Translations under genes and position numbers: made by a program | Notes under the pieces: generated by a model | The model's database searches: none | Told to the model about the DNA's origin: nothing | What the model saw: only the letters and a program-made list of their open reading frames with translations | Source: the human T2T-CHM13v2.0 reference genome, Homo sapiens | DNA length: 64,000 bases | Direction: 5' to 3' (one strand) | Assembly (NCBI RefSeq): GCF_009914755.1 | Contig: NC_060938.1 | Shown: positions 26,405 through 40,159 of the stretch, piece by piece | How the letters are laid out: each line of letters starts with the position of its first letter | How positions within the stretch are numbered: the stretch's first letter is position 1

Positions 26405-27086
26405 CCTGGTGGGGTGGGATCACCTCCAAGTTCTGCCTCTGAACACTCGTCTCCTCCATGAGGCCTTCCTAGGGGGCCTGAGAAGAGATACTAGTCCTAC
26501 TCACCTTTTCAGACCCAGAGTGCTCAAGGCCACCTTCTCTGACCACACCTTTGCCACTGCGGCCCAGCCATGGGCCTTCTGTTGTCCACTCCCCCACTAA
26601 CGACGCACTTAGCAGCACTTAGCAGAGATCTGCAGGAAAGCTAAGTGCTTTAATGACACTTGTGTATCGATTCAGAGCTTTTTTTATTCCCCCCATGAGG
26701 ATTTCCCATGTGCGGCGCATTTGGGGGCAGTGCAAATTCTTAGAGGCTAAGTTCCCAGAGGCCAGGGGCTACTCTATAAAGCTCTCTCTGAACACAGGGA
26801 GCACAGGCCTCAGCATCAGCGACTCCTTCTTCTGATGAAGGGCGAGAACGCTAAGGACACAGTGCATTGTGAAATGTCTTTTAGAAGAAATTCACACATT
26901 AACACTTCTTTCAACACCAGCCATGAGCCCACGTTGCCACTTTCCGGTCTCATTTTCACAAATGCGGCATTTCAACTGATGCCCAAATCTCCAACTGTGT
27001 AGACTTGAGTCAAACACAAGGAAACCGGCTCTCTGTATTTAAATCAGGCACCAGCTGCCTATGAAGATGAATTACTGTTGGTCTGT

Positions 27087-27215
27087 GTTCATTCATTCAT
27101 TCACTCATTCATTCAACAAGCATTGGTTCTCTCGGTGTCAGACGCAACAGTACTAGGCTCTAGGAATGGCGAGAACAATTAAGAACAAAAAGTCCTATGA
27201 CAAAAGTCTTCTCCC
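27087..27215 (-). mobile_element. L2 3' tail
   Basis: (ttca)n...caacaagcatt...gtactaggctctagg. Confidence 0.65.
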
Positions 27216-27959
27216 TCACACCCAGAATGCCAGAGGCTAGATGGGATCTTAAGAAATGGTCCCATCCAACACTCTTCTCCTGGTGAGGATCTGAGGCCCA
27301 GGGAGTTGACTATAAATTGCACATGTCTGTTTGGCTATGAAAGGAGGATACAAAAGGTGCCAAGGTTAAACCCAAGGCCCTTGCTCCTGGCCCAGGGCTC
27401 TTTTCAAAGCAGCACGCAGGACATTCTAAGCGGACTCCAACTAAACCACTAACAAGGCCTGGGGTCAGCAAACTGACCTTCCAGGAGAAACCGCTGGGCA
27501 CACCATTCATGACTGTCCTCAAGAAAAAAGGTCTTCATAGGAGTAAGAAGCAGGAGTGCCACTCTGCACAGAGACCCTCCCATTACCCTTCTACAACCAG
27601 CCTCCAGTGGCTCTCACACTTTCTTTTTTTGCAATGTACCAAGGCACCTAAGGAACAAGACACCTCCCCATGAGTGCCAGAGGCTCACAGTAAGTCTAGA
27701 GGGCAGGGTGGAGGTGGGTCTGACACCAGCCCCAGAGGCACATCTGACATGCCCTAATAAAAGAACTCATGGTTGCCTGGTGCCAGCGGGTCAGAATGAG
27801 TGTGCTGGCACCACCCTTCCCTGCCTGCCACCCTCCTCACACTGCCCTGTCCCCTCAAGGACACCTGTTGTCATTTTCAAGGGGAAAATCGAGTTTTTCA
27901 ATGAATAACTGGCATAAAAAAGGCTCTCCACACAATATGCTTCAAACTCTCTCATATGA

Positions 27960-28001
27960 AAATCAATCAATCAGTCAATCATCAATCAATCAATCAATCA
28001 G
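27960..28001. repeat. (AATC)n microsatellite
   Basis: aatcaatcaatcagtcaatcatcaatcaatcaatcaatca. Confidence 0.85.
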
Positions 28002-29004
28002 TAGGACCATGTCACTGGCAATCAGAGGGGAGAGTTAGGCTTGGACAGATGATTGATGAACGGCACTGAGGGAAGCAGGGGCAGGAATCACAGATGTCTT
28101 TGAGGACCTACGGTCACGCCACATTCCACAAGGCCAGGACAAACAGGCTGGGTGGACGTCTATTTTGGTCACACAGCTGCAAACATATGATTTATGAAGA
28201 TGTTTAACGCTGGCTCCCAGGAGGTTTGTGCATCACGCTATTGCTGTCCCGGCCGTAAGAAGCTGAGCCTCTGATGCTTGGCCCATCCTTCCTCTTCCCA
28301 CTGAGCAAGGTGTATTCTCAAGCTCTGATCCCTTCTGACTCTTCCCAAGACACTGGTTTTCTTTTCTGCTCTCCCTAATCCGTGAGAGTTTAAGGATGTG
28401 CATTATTGAGTTTGGCATCCATTGGCCTCAATGTTCTCTATCATTCCACTGCAAAGCTGCCTCTTCTTGGTGAAATTTAGCTTTATTGATTTCTATTTCT
28501 GACTTTCTCGACACTGGCTCATTCATTATTCAGGGAAAATCTGGCTATGAGACCACGGTTTGATATTCTGCCAACAGGAGCCTGAGCAGGTGAGACCTCT
28601 GCAAGTCTACTTTTCAAAGAATCAGAAGAAGCTATAAAAAGCAGTATAGTTTAGACCCCTCAAGATATTCATTATTTTCTGTGTGAACTGCAGGTCAGCT
28701 AGTAGGAAATAAACCAGTTATTTTTGGGCAGAGAAACATTCCATTGTTTAGCTGGAAAACAAACCCCTCCTTAACCACCTATCCTGCAGGTTGCGGTGAG
28801 AGTCCCCCAGGGCTAGGGCAGGAGGAGGTGGCTCCATCCACCACCATCAACAACTCATATGGACACATGGACCTATTTCCATTCCATCATGAGGGGCTGA
28901 GTCCCACCACCTTCCATGAGGCCCATGGTGTTTGTGGGCAAGGTGACATTTTCAAGGTGTTACAATAAGATGCAGGGAATGGACCCATTTGTTTATTTTC
29001 CTTG

Positions 29005-29250
29005 TCATAGAGGACAGAAGTAAAGGAAATTGTATTCAAACCATAAGAAGAGAGGTTCAAATTAGAGAGTGTGAAGAAGTTCCTTCCACGAAGTTGGGCT
29101 GAAACATACTACTGAAGAAAGTAGTCGAATTACCCTCTAGAGAAATCTTCTAAGAACAGAACTAATTACCACCTGTAAGTACCAATTCCTGTATAATCCG
29201 ATCCTGTGGGAAGAGACTAGATTAGGAAATCTCTCAAAATCCTCTTTGGG
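29005..29250 (+). mobile_element. L3/CR1 LINE 3' end
   Basis: gagaggttcaaattaga...gaagaagttcct...tcttctaagaacag...gactagatt...tctcaaaatcctctt, resembling the L3 tail. Confidence 0.55.
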
Positions 29251-29295
29251 CTTCCCCACCAGGTGAATTTTCACCATAAAGAGTCTGGATTATGT

Positions 29296-29459
29296 TTAGT
29301 TGGGCATAGTGGCGCACACCTATAGTCCTAGCTTCTTGGGAGGCTGAGGCAGGAGGATCATTTGAGCACAGGAGGTCAAGGCTACAGTGAGCTATGGGCA
29401 CACCACTGTACTCCGGCATGGGTGACAGAGTGAGATCCTATCTCCAAAAAACAAAAAAA
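29296..29459 (+). mobile_element. FRAM or AluJ right monomer
   Basis: gggaggctgaggcaggaggatcatttgagcacaggaggtcaaggctacagtgagctatg plus A tail. Confidence 0.85.
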
Positions 29460-30737
29460 TGAAAGTTTCAAAGACTTTGGCTAATGTCCATTTAAGGTCT
29501 TGGTGTGAGACTGGCTTGGTCCTCGATGTCCCGTGGATTTTGATTTTAACCTCAGAGCAATGCAAAGCGAGTGGCATGGGTGCCTGTGAGCACTCTCTAA
29601 GGGGTGACATTTCCTCAGAAGACAATGGTGTGAGCATTTTTACCAAGGCTTGAGGATGGTATCCTAACAGCAGAGTAGAGCCTTCATGGTTTTGTTTTCT
29701 ACTTTGTAAAAGGAGACATCATAAACAATGAAACTGGGAATGACCAACCATCCTTGAGTGTACACACACACACACACGCACTAGAGCCATGACAAATGCA
29801 TCACAAAATCATGGTGGGCCAGTGCTCTGAGAGGCAGCAACACCCTGGAGCAGTGGTGTTTGCCTGGCTTTTCTGTAGGGGGCTGAGGAGGAGGCTGAGC
29901 CAAGTGACCCTCAGCCTCCCACCTCCCTTAGTTCACCAACAATGGACAACAGTTCTGATTTCATGTTCTATATTATTTCAACCCCCTGGAAGGGAGGAGA
30001 AAAGGAAAGGGGAAAGAAAGCTTCATAACCACAGATAGAGTGCCAAGTTTATGAATTCTCTTGGAATGGGCAAATCTGAGTAAATCACTGTCACTGATAG
30101 GGAGATGATGATGATGACGATGATGATGATGCCACTTTTCCTCCACAGATCTCTGGTGAGGCTCAAGTGAAGGCATGCAGGTATGTGCCAAGCTCCATGC
30201 CTGGAACACAACAGGCCAGGTTAATAAATAGTAGTCATTGTGATACCACCTGGACCACCTACATCTTATTTTCTAAAATGTATTTTCCCAGAAAACACCT
30301 ACATCTTATTTGCTAAAATGTAAGCAGCTTTTTTCAGAAGATAAATGTAACTAATAGTTACAGTGGTCCCAATTAAAGATATATTCAATGCGCTTTACCT
30401 TCAAATGTCTTCTTCACATGACAGTATACCTTTCCCATCTATGTAGCTTCTTCTAAACCACATTTGTGAAAGGGTTTAAAACGAGTATGAAGGTTCTCCC
30501 TTGGGAATGTGCCCAGGTCTTTTCCTCTTTTGGGGTCCTATCAGGCTCATTCGTCCACACCCTCTTTCCTTACTAGGCTCACTTCCTCTGAGCTTCACCT
30601 CTCACATCCTCTCACATGCTCGGTTATCCCCTGATCACGAACAACTCACCAACTCTGTGTTTCCAGCTCTGGCCACTTGCCTAGCTTAGTTATCTGTTTC
30701 TCACTGCCTATAGCAGACAGCATCAAGCCTGTCTATA

Positions 30738-30830
30738 CAACAGAATCACCTGGTGGCTTTGAAGACTACAGATTCTGGGCCGGACCTCAGACCCAGTCAC
30801 TCAGAGACAAGAAGGCAATGTTCCTGGAAC
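30738..30830. mobile_element. MER5A-like fragment
   Basis: cagaatcacctgg...acagattctgggcc...cctcagacc. Confidence 0.5.
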
Positions 30831-33206
30831 TATCACTGAATAATTGACTTCTACATCTCTGTTGCATTGCTTTGCCTAGAGAGATGTTACAGGAAACTGC
30901 CTTTGAAACCAGGCATATTATTAAGGATGCGTCTTGCTGTATGACTGATGATCTCTTTCTATGAGAATCTAAAGGACAAGCATCTCTCAGGTTTTAGTAT
31001 TACGGACCTCTGTGTTTCTCTTGGGTAATGAGTCAGTTTTAATCTTCTGAACATTTAAACCATACAAATGATCATGTTTCCCTCTTTGCTCTGGTCACTA
31101 GGAAGCTCAGAGCCAAATTCATGACTGATCCCACTCCCAAACCAATACCTAGAATTTACAATATTAATTTTGTATATTAATGTTATCCTCTAACTTTATC
31201 TTGGGTTTCTTGCCTTTATTTTCCCTTATAATTTCTGCACTTCCTTTAAAAAATAAAATAAAATAAGATAAAAAATAAAACCTCTAGGTATACAGCACTT
31301 TTGTAGGCCATTGCAAATTCTTTTTGGAACTAGGTGGGATATATTAGACAAATTAATTAAATATAGTCATTGACATACAGCCTCTCACAGCAGAGCAGCT
31401 CTAAAGCAGATGGTAGTGAGCACCAAAGTACAGACCAGGGCTCGGCAGAAACTTCCAGGCTTTGGGGTCAACTCCCCCGACAGAAACCTTCCTTCCAGCT
31501 TTGGTTGTCACAGAACATCTGGAGGCCTATCTGAACTGCATATTAAATATGTTTTAAGATTACAAAAAGACTTAAGTGAAATAAAAACAGCTACACACAT
31601 TCAACCTCTGGAATCCTGACATTCAGTTCTGAATCTACTCTCAACCAGCATATCCACAGACAGAACTTCTAAAATGCTGGTCCTTATGGAACTGATCAGG
31701 TCAGTCTATGGGATTCTCTACAAGTAACAGCAGATAGTGGAAGTCTGCAGCCTCGTGTCGGGCAGTGTGAATGGATCATTTAGAACACCTGAAAAGTATT
31801 CCAGTTGTTAAACAACACGTAATGATTTTTATAATCCTGGGAATTCCAAATAGCTTACTGGTCCTCACCCTGCACAGTCGGTGCTTACGTAACTGCTCCT
31901 CCATAGTTTTAATCTGAACTAACTCCCCAAATACTACCTGCTTTCAAATGTGATCAACAAGGTCATAATCTGCCACTGAATTGCTTTCCCTTTTCTGTAC
32001 GGGGATCTGCTCTCCCGGGCACGAAGCTGAGATCACTCCCGGTGAGGCCAGGTCTCTGGGAGAGCCCGACCACTGCGGCAGCCTGCACCAGAGCTCTGGG
32101 CTGGCACCCCTGTGCTCCCGGCAATCAGCAAGAAAAGAGGGGCTCTCTCTTCTTAGCACTAACCCAGCTCATCTATATCAGGTGGGAGGGGACCAGCCAA
32201 AGAACTCCTGGCTGGCACAGCCTGGGTGCAGCCCACTTTGTCCCCAGGGTCATGTGTACGGCAATGGGCCTGATGGCCGACTTGCTATTAGTTGTTATTT
32301 CTTTCACGTAACAGCTTAAGGATATGGATTGTATTTATTTGAAGTGTAGAATGCTCCGGCACAGGCAACTAGGCTCAAAGAGGGGCCCAACTGAAAGCTT
32401 CCCTACCCCCTAATATTTAAGCAGCCCAAGTGTCGGAATCACTCTGCCATTTGTATGTTTGCATGCGCTGCTCAGATTTTTAAAGATCTTAACTAACCTT
32501 TAACATTACCCTAATGACATAAACGAGCAGCTATAACATTTAATTAGTTTTGTTCTTTTATGTATTTTAGTTGTGTAACCAATATATTTTTATTATGGCA
32601 AGTATAAAATTCATTAAAAACTATCCACACAATTCCACAGCTCAAAATAACCCCAATTTACATGTTAGCATATGTAAATTGCTCAGTCTGCTACCTGTGT
32701 TTGTGTATGTGCATGTGTGCGGACTATCTTGAACCACAGGTTGAGCCTTGGGTTGGGCTGACCCTGGAGTTGGGGTCATCCTCAGTCAAACTCTGGACCA
32801 TGCACATAGCAGTGGGTTGGGGCCAAGTCCAGGCAGGCCTGGCTGGGGCCTGCAATGTCCCAAAAGGAACCTAAAAGGAGAGAGACCCACCAAATGGTTC
32901 AGTGGTAGCTTTGAGGTGTGGAGTGATTCCCTGTATGGCAGGCATGGGAGCAACACCACTGAAGTCTTTCCTGAGATCTATCACTGTGGGTCTGACTTCC
33001 CAATTCATAGATAGAGACACTGAGACCCGGAAAGACACACGTGCTGCTAGCAAGCAGAAACGCTGGGACTCAAGGCCAGGGGCTGGGCCCAGTATGATGA
33101 GAAGGAAGTTTCAGCTGTACATTCCTGCTTTTATTACCATATATACTGCAGTTTGGGTTTCTTTTCTACCTTTCCATATTTCTGAATATATTAAGAAGAG
33201 AAGGAG

Positions 33207-33812
33207 GGCCGGCGGCAGTGACTCACGCCTGTAATCCCAGCACTTTGGGAGGCTGAGGTGGGTGGATTGCCTGAAGTCAGGAGTTCGAGACCAGCCCAGC
33301 CAACAGGGTGAAACCCTGTCTGTACTAAAAATACAAAAATTAGGCCAGGCGTGGTGGCTCACACCTGTAATCCCAGCACTTTGGGAGGCTGAGGCGGGCG
33401 GATCACGAGGTCAGGAGATCGAGACCATCCTGGCTAACACGATGAAACCCCGTCTCTACCAAAAATACAAAAATTAGCTGGGCGTGGTGACAGGCGCCTA
33501 TAGTCCCAGCTAGTCGGGAGGCTGAGGCAGGAGAATGGTATGAACCCAGGAGGTGGAGCTTGCAGTGAGCCAAGATCATGTCAACTGCACTCCAGTCTGG
33601 GCGACAGAGCGAGACTCCGTCTCAAAAAACAAAACAAAACAAAACAAAATTAGCCAGGTGTGGTGGTGGGCACCTGTAGTCCCAGCTACTCGGAAGGCTG
33701 AGGCAAGAGAATTACTCGAATCCAGGAGGCAGAGGTTGCAGTGAGCCGAGATCGCGCACTGCACTCCAGCCTGGGTGACAGAGAGAGACCCTGTCTCAAA
33801 AGAAAAAAAAAA
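33207..33812 (+). mobile_element. AluS split by an AluY insertion (left arm 33207-33342, right arm ~33653-33812)
   Basis: Left and right monomers flank a complete AluY; outer TSD aagaagagaaggag. Confidence 0.92.
33343..33650 (+). mobile_element. AluY nested in the A-rich linker of an AluS
   Basis: gagatcgagaccatcctggctaacacg; (AAAAC)n tail; junction repeat caaaa(a)tta. Confidence 0.93.
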
Positions 33813-35388
33813 GGAGAAGAAGAAGAAGAGAAGGAGAGTTTATTCCAATTTGATGGCTGGAAAAGAGAGCTGGACTGACCTGAGAAGGGGCAGGTTTTAC
33901 CACCAGTTTGCCTGTGACTCAGGGCAAGCCCTGACTCTGGGCCCAGTTTACTTGTCTATTCATTGAGGATGGGGCCAGCTAGGTATCTAAGAAACCTCCT
34001 CGTTCTAAAATGCTATGATTTAACTTAGACCCTGCACACACACAAATATGCAAACTGGAGGCCAGTGTGATCTGTGGCACTTTGCTGCTATCACAAAAAT
34101 AATGATCCCAGACACATAGGAAATACTATTTAAACTACCTTGTTCCAAGAAAACAAGCTTTTTATTAGACATTGGAGAGGGGAAAGGATCAACTAGAACA
34201 GGGAAAATATGCTAAAGAGGAAGAATTCAAGAGTTAAACTAGTCAAAATCAGGACATGTGGGTAACTAACCTTAACTAAAAAAAGAAAATATTGTCTTAA
34301 CTCTTTCGGGAAAACAAATACAAACATATCTGAGATTCCCTGTGCCCCTGAATATGGGGCTAACAGAGTCTTTGGTTCAGAAACACTCTCAAGATAAAAT
34401 CTATGTCGGAGTATTAATATTAAAATGATGCTAATTTTTTTTTATTACAACACATTCTTAAGACATTTGGAAACCTAAGAGGCAGCATTAACCACTCAGT
34501 ATTTACAAAGGGCTGATGTATGGAGACTTTCAGTTTAATTGAAGATAACAAATGGTTCACTGAACTGACAGGCAACCTTAATCATTTCAACAAATTCTGC
34601 AGAGAAAGAGGATTCTTTTCAAAGCGAACCTCTAAGGTACTGGTATAATTATATATGTTTCCCGACTAAAAAGATCTTGGCTATCCCATATTCCACTGGA
34701 AATTATAGATCGCAGTGAAATTGGCCTGCTTGTTTTTAAATCTCCAAAGTTTTCAAGCACAATGTTTTCTGCCTAGAAAAACGCTTGCTATGAAGTTTCA
34801 AGGTTTAAACAATAGTTTATAAAACAATTACTTCACCGACATATTTAACCATCAAGATATTATGGTGGAAAGAGAAACCACTTTTGTCTACATAAAATTT
34901 TAAAGCTTATATAATTTACCAATGTGTTTTGGCAAAGGCCTTCTCAAGTTTTTGCTGAAGGGTTTTCATTTTTTTCCTAATTTCACTTATAGTCACATAA
35001 GTTCATCTTAACTTACAGTTGTGAACCTAACTCTCTGGCAATGAATTTTTGAAGAAAAAAAAAAACCAACTCATTCTTGGGAGAGACTGACATTCAGTAA
35101 TCTTTGCCAGCTGGAATGTTCAAAATGGAATCTAAATATTGTATTAACAACATCAATAACAAGCAGGTTTGGAGAGACTTTATAAAATATGCTTGAATTG
35201 TGATAAAAATTCTTGTTACTTTGTGTTTCGCTCAGCTCTAAATTACCACTTGATTTGATAAAATCTATGACAATCCTATTTTTTAACCATGTAAGAATTC
35301 TGAGGCTCACTACATGTACATAATAAAAATCTGAAATCAAATAGGTGTAATGAAATTGCAGCTGCCCAATCAGTTTTGAAACTTTCTA

Positions 35389-35772
<384 letters not shown>

Positions 35773-35868
35773 AAATTTACCATGTAATCAGCACCCTATG
35801 AACTAACAGGGGGCTCTTGGCACCTGAGGAGCCCCCCTCTTGTCCTCCCTAATCATTACCTTGCACTC

Positions 35869-36234
35869 TGTATTAGTCCATTTTCATGCTGCTGATAAAG
35901 ACATACCCGAGACTGGGTAATTTGTAAAGAAAAAGGTTTAATGGGCTCACAGTTCCACATGGCTCAGGAGGCCTCACAATCACAGCAGAAGGCGAAAGAC
36001 ACATCTTACATGGCAGCAGACGAGAGAGAAATCAAGAGAGCCAAGCAAAAGGGGAAAACCCTTATAAAACCATCAGATCTCATGAGACTTATTCACTAAC
36101 ATGACAGAACAGCATGGGGAAATCACCCCCATGATTCAATTATCTCCCATGGGGTCCCTTCCCATAACACATGGGAATTATGAGAGCTACAATTCAAGAT
36201 AAGATTTCGGTGGGGACACAGCCAAACTATATCA
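35869..36234 (-). mobile_element. THE1B-like solo LTR
   Basis: tgtattagtccattttcatgctgctgataaagacatacccgagactggg...gggacacagccaaactatatca. Confidence 0.93.
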
Positions 36235-37808
36235 CATCACAAGGATAACCAGAACCTTGGCCTGTCTTTGTATACTGTCCTTGGCTGGGGCAACATACAG
36301 CCAAGGTGATCAGATGAGAATCAGGCCCAAGAAGAGCAGGAACACCCTCAGGGTGGGCTCACAAGGAAAGGGCTCCCCATGAGTTTCCATCGTCAGGAAC
36401 CTGGCTATGAGGACGCTACTCAGTTTCCACAAACAAGTGCCATCCACATCAGGAGGATGCTGGTACCACCTAACCCCAAAAGAAACAGAATCAGTTCCTT
36501 CTCAAGTAGGATTCCATGCAGCTATCTTCATCATCAAATCAAAATTCTCAAAGACTTCTACATCCCCCTCCTATCACTGCTGCAATAATTCTTACTGATG
36601 ATAACAACAGCTTCCATATATTCATTCCTTACCAGGTGACACTGTGCTAAGAATGTACACATCTTTTCACAGATGTTCAAAGAGCATGATATTGAGTCCA
36701 AGAGGCACCAGTCACCAAATTATTATTTGGATTTTCCAAATAATAATTCCCTGTGTTCAAACTGTATGTCACAACCTTTGCCTTTGCCTTCATGATCTTA
36801 TTTAGAAATTGTATTATGAAAGCTCCTGTAGCTCCTGTATGGTGTACAGGGCAGGTGTTAATAGCTTTATCAGCTAGTAATCTTTCCATCTTTAGCGATT
36901 TTTAAAAACCGAATTGAAGAGATTTTATCGCCTGTGACTGGGAAAACCAGGAACAGTGATGCCTTTCAAATGGCATTTACCAAGCCCTACTCTCTGTCCC
37001 CCAACTCAGCAACGCTGCTGGTGAAAATAGGCTTGGACAGGCTCTCCTCTGTTCACAGGTGGCTGCCGGCAGCCCCTGGGGCTACAAACAGCAGCTTTGA
37101 ATCTAGCATTTCCCCAGTGTTCACTGGAAAAGGTCTGAGAATCACTGTAATCAGACCAGCCTCTATCACATGACCACCCAGACACACCAGTGTAGCCAGA
37201 GGAATGAGAGTGACTTAAACTAGTGGTAGAGACGTCACTTGGAAGCACACAGATGAATGAACTGGGGGGATGGAGGGCTCTCCACCTGCAAGCCAGGGTT
37301 AATGCCTAAAAGAGGGAAAAGGAACTGTCCATTATAGCAGCACGTCCACTTTTAAAAACAAATCATAGACCCCAAAAAGGTAAAATTACACATGCAAGTA
37401 TACACAGCTAGTAAGTGGAAGGTCCAAGGCCAGACTGCAGATCGTCCTACTTGAGACTCTTTCAGCTTTCTTTTCATGCTAATTGCTATTATTCATGGGT
37501 GTACAGAACTGCCAAGGTCTCGGGGCATACGGTGATGTAGGTCAAGTTAAAACAATTTCCAAGAGGCCCAGAATCTTAGTTGATGATGACATTCACGTTC
37601 CCTGGTAGGGTGGGAATGCCTGAAACAGCCTTAGCCAGACTTGCCTCACTGGTGGTGAAGGAGGAGTGCAGGGTGGGACACAGCTGCCCATTACTGTGGA
37701 TTTATCTTAAGCAGCCAACCTTGGGATCTTCCCAAACTGCCCTTAGCAGCCAAAGTTGACCCCTACAGTCCCAGCTTTGGGATACAAGGTGCTAGGACAG
37801 TTGGTAAA

Positions 37809-38217
37809 TATATTAAGTCAGTTCAGGCTGCCAGAACAAAATACTAAGACTGGGTGGTTTAAAGAACAAAAACTGATGTTCTCACAGTTCTGGAGGCTAG
37901 AAGTCCGAGATCAAAGAGCAAAGAGGTGGCACGTTTGGGTTCTCCTGAGGCTGTCTCCCTGGCTTGCAGGTGACCGACTTCTCACTGTGTCCTCACGTGG
38001 CCTTTCCTCAGTACATGTACATTCCTGGTATCTCTTCTTACAAAGACACCAGTCCTTATAAAAACTCCTCCTTTATGTCCTCATTTCATCTTAATTACCT
38101 CTTTAACGGCTCTATCTCCAAATTCAGTCACATGCGGGGCGGTGGTGGTGAAGGCTTCAACATATAAATTTTGGAGGCGGCTGGGGGGGCGGTGGAGATG
38201 CAATTCAGTCCATAACA
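37809..38217 (-). mobile_element. MLT1B-like solo LTR
   Basis: ttctcacagttctggaggctagaagtccgagatcaa...aattcagtccataaca; near-TSD gtaaa/gtaag. Confidence 0.88.
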
Positions 38218-38227
38218 GTAAGTTACA

Positions 38228-38345
38228 TGGATATATTTTACAAACCTTCATTGATCTCCTACCGTGTGCTGGGTAACCTGCAAGGTGCTGGAGATAGAGA
38301 TAAGAAAACTCCAGCCTCAAGGAGATTACAGTCTGGCTGGAAGAC
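38228..38345 (-). mobile_element. L2 fragment
   Basis: cctaccgtgtgctggg...aggtgctggagatagag...cctcaaggagattacagtctgg. Confidence 0.6.
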
Positions 38346-39659
38346 AGAAGTAACGGGATAACCAAACAATCTTAGTGGTTCCTGCCATGGCGAATGAGCT
38401 CAGATCCTGGGGGAAATAAGTAAGGTGTCAGGGAAGACTCTGCTGCTTATACGAGAGGCTGCTGTTGCTGCCTCTCTTAAATCTACCCTCCTGACCGGCT
38501 CAATATGGTCAACTGTGCACTTCTCCATCACAATGTCACTCCAGGCCCTAAAACAAAAGAGACGCCATTGTATTTGCAGCAACACCAAAAGCTCATTTGG
38601 CGAAGCTCACCCAGTAATGAGGCTCATACCAAAGGCACGAGCCATGAGTCAATGCACAGACAGCACTTGAGCATGACACGTGTGTATGTAAAAGCAAAGG
38701 GGAAAAGTGATGAAGCAGGATGCGGGGAGAAAACATCACCATCTCCCTTTTAGGTAGTTTACCTTCTTCCCTTCTTCCCTACAGGAAAAAAGACAGGGAG
38801 ATGAAAGAAATGTGTTTCAAGCAGTTGAGGGGCAATTCTGATAAAGGTACTGTGAGCAGGTTTGACCCTGAGGAGATGAGGGTGGCTACACAGTGGGTTC
38901 TCAGGGTAGACGGTACAATTTAAATCTTACATTTAAATGAGGCATATAAGGAAGGGCTGGGAACTAACATGGGAAACTGCTGCAGGATGGTGAGCACTGC
39001 ATCACGTGATTACAATGCGCAAGTTGGCCAGGATCCCTGGCGCTGCAGTGGTCATAGCTGGGCTGACGCTGGAAAGACAGGGAAGCAGCTGCCTTCGCTA
39101 GGTTAGGTGGCTCACCAGGTAGACCAGGAAGCAGGGGCTGGGGCGGTGCTCTGGCTGGGGGAGGGGAAATGGAAGGACAAGTGAGGTAGCAGAAACTCAG
39201 ATCACTATTAGTCTAGCATGCCTTTGCATTTCTCTCATTATCCAATCTACTTAGGAAAAATAATAATAATCACATCTCAAATCAGTATAATTTGAAGAGT
39301 AATTGAGTAAAGAAAATCCAGGTCAGAACCAAAGATATAGCCTCTTCAATCTCACTTGCTAGTTCCCAACTTAATTTTTAAAATTAAGACACCTCTAATG
39401 AGACTCAAAATTGTTCACAATGAATCTAAAATGCAGTGAGGGGAAGATCAGATGTTAAAAGAGAAAATGTGTTCCATTTCCAAAACGATCAGAGTATGCG
39501 TGCGTGTTGGCGGTGGGGGCCGTGGCAGGGGGTGAACACAGTTCTTCTCTATATAAGGCCATCTAACTATAAATGGCATTGGTTGGACATGTGAGTCAAT
39601 GAACTTGGAGGAAATGGGGATTGCCTAAAATAGCATTTGTGCTATAGACCTGAATTTAG

Positions 39660-39970
39660 CATTTGAGGGACCTGGCTTTGAATCCTGACTCTGAAAATCC
39701 TTCATAATAATACATACACACACATACACACACACATGCTCATCACACTTAAACATATATGCACCTACACACACATACAGCTACACATTAATTTACACAT
39801 ATACATATATGCTGCTTGGTTTAGCCAAATGCTCGACTTTAAGCTTCTGTTTCTTCATCTGTAAGATCAGGAAGATACCACCTACCTCTCAAGAAGTAAG
39901 TGAAATTACATGTAAGCCAGGTCTCTGCAGCTATAATGGGGGATACGTGGATGTGAGGAGTATTACTACT
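39660..39970 (+). mobile_element. MIR interrupted by a CA/TA-rich microsatellite (39710-39810)
   Basis: gacctggctttgaatcctgactctg, then a (CA)-rich tract, then ctgtttcttcatctgtaagat. Confidence 0.6.
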
Positions 39971-40159
39971 ATGATCCTACTTTCTTTAAATCAAGTCACT
40001 GTCTCTGAAAACTCTCCAAGCTCACCTTCTATTCTCTCAAGGGACAGTCAAACCACTAAGTGGGCCTCTTAAGACAACAAAGAGGCTGAAATGACACTGA
40101 CACACAGAAATCACCAGTGCTGTATACTTAGTTTAACTAACACTGTTAATTAGAAACAC

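Noticed and set aside
30256-30322. Repeat-spacer-repeat as a CRISPR-like unit
   Set aside because: Only two units, a 13-nt spacer, a mammalian intron context and no cas genes.
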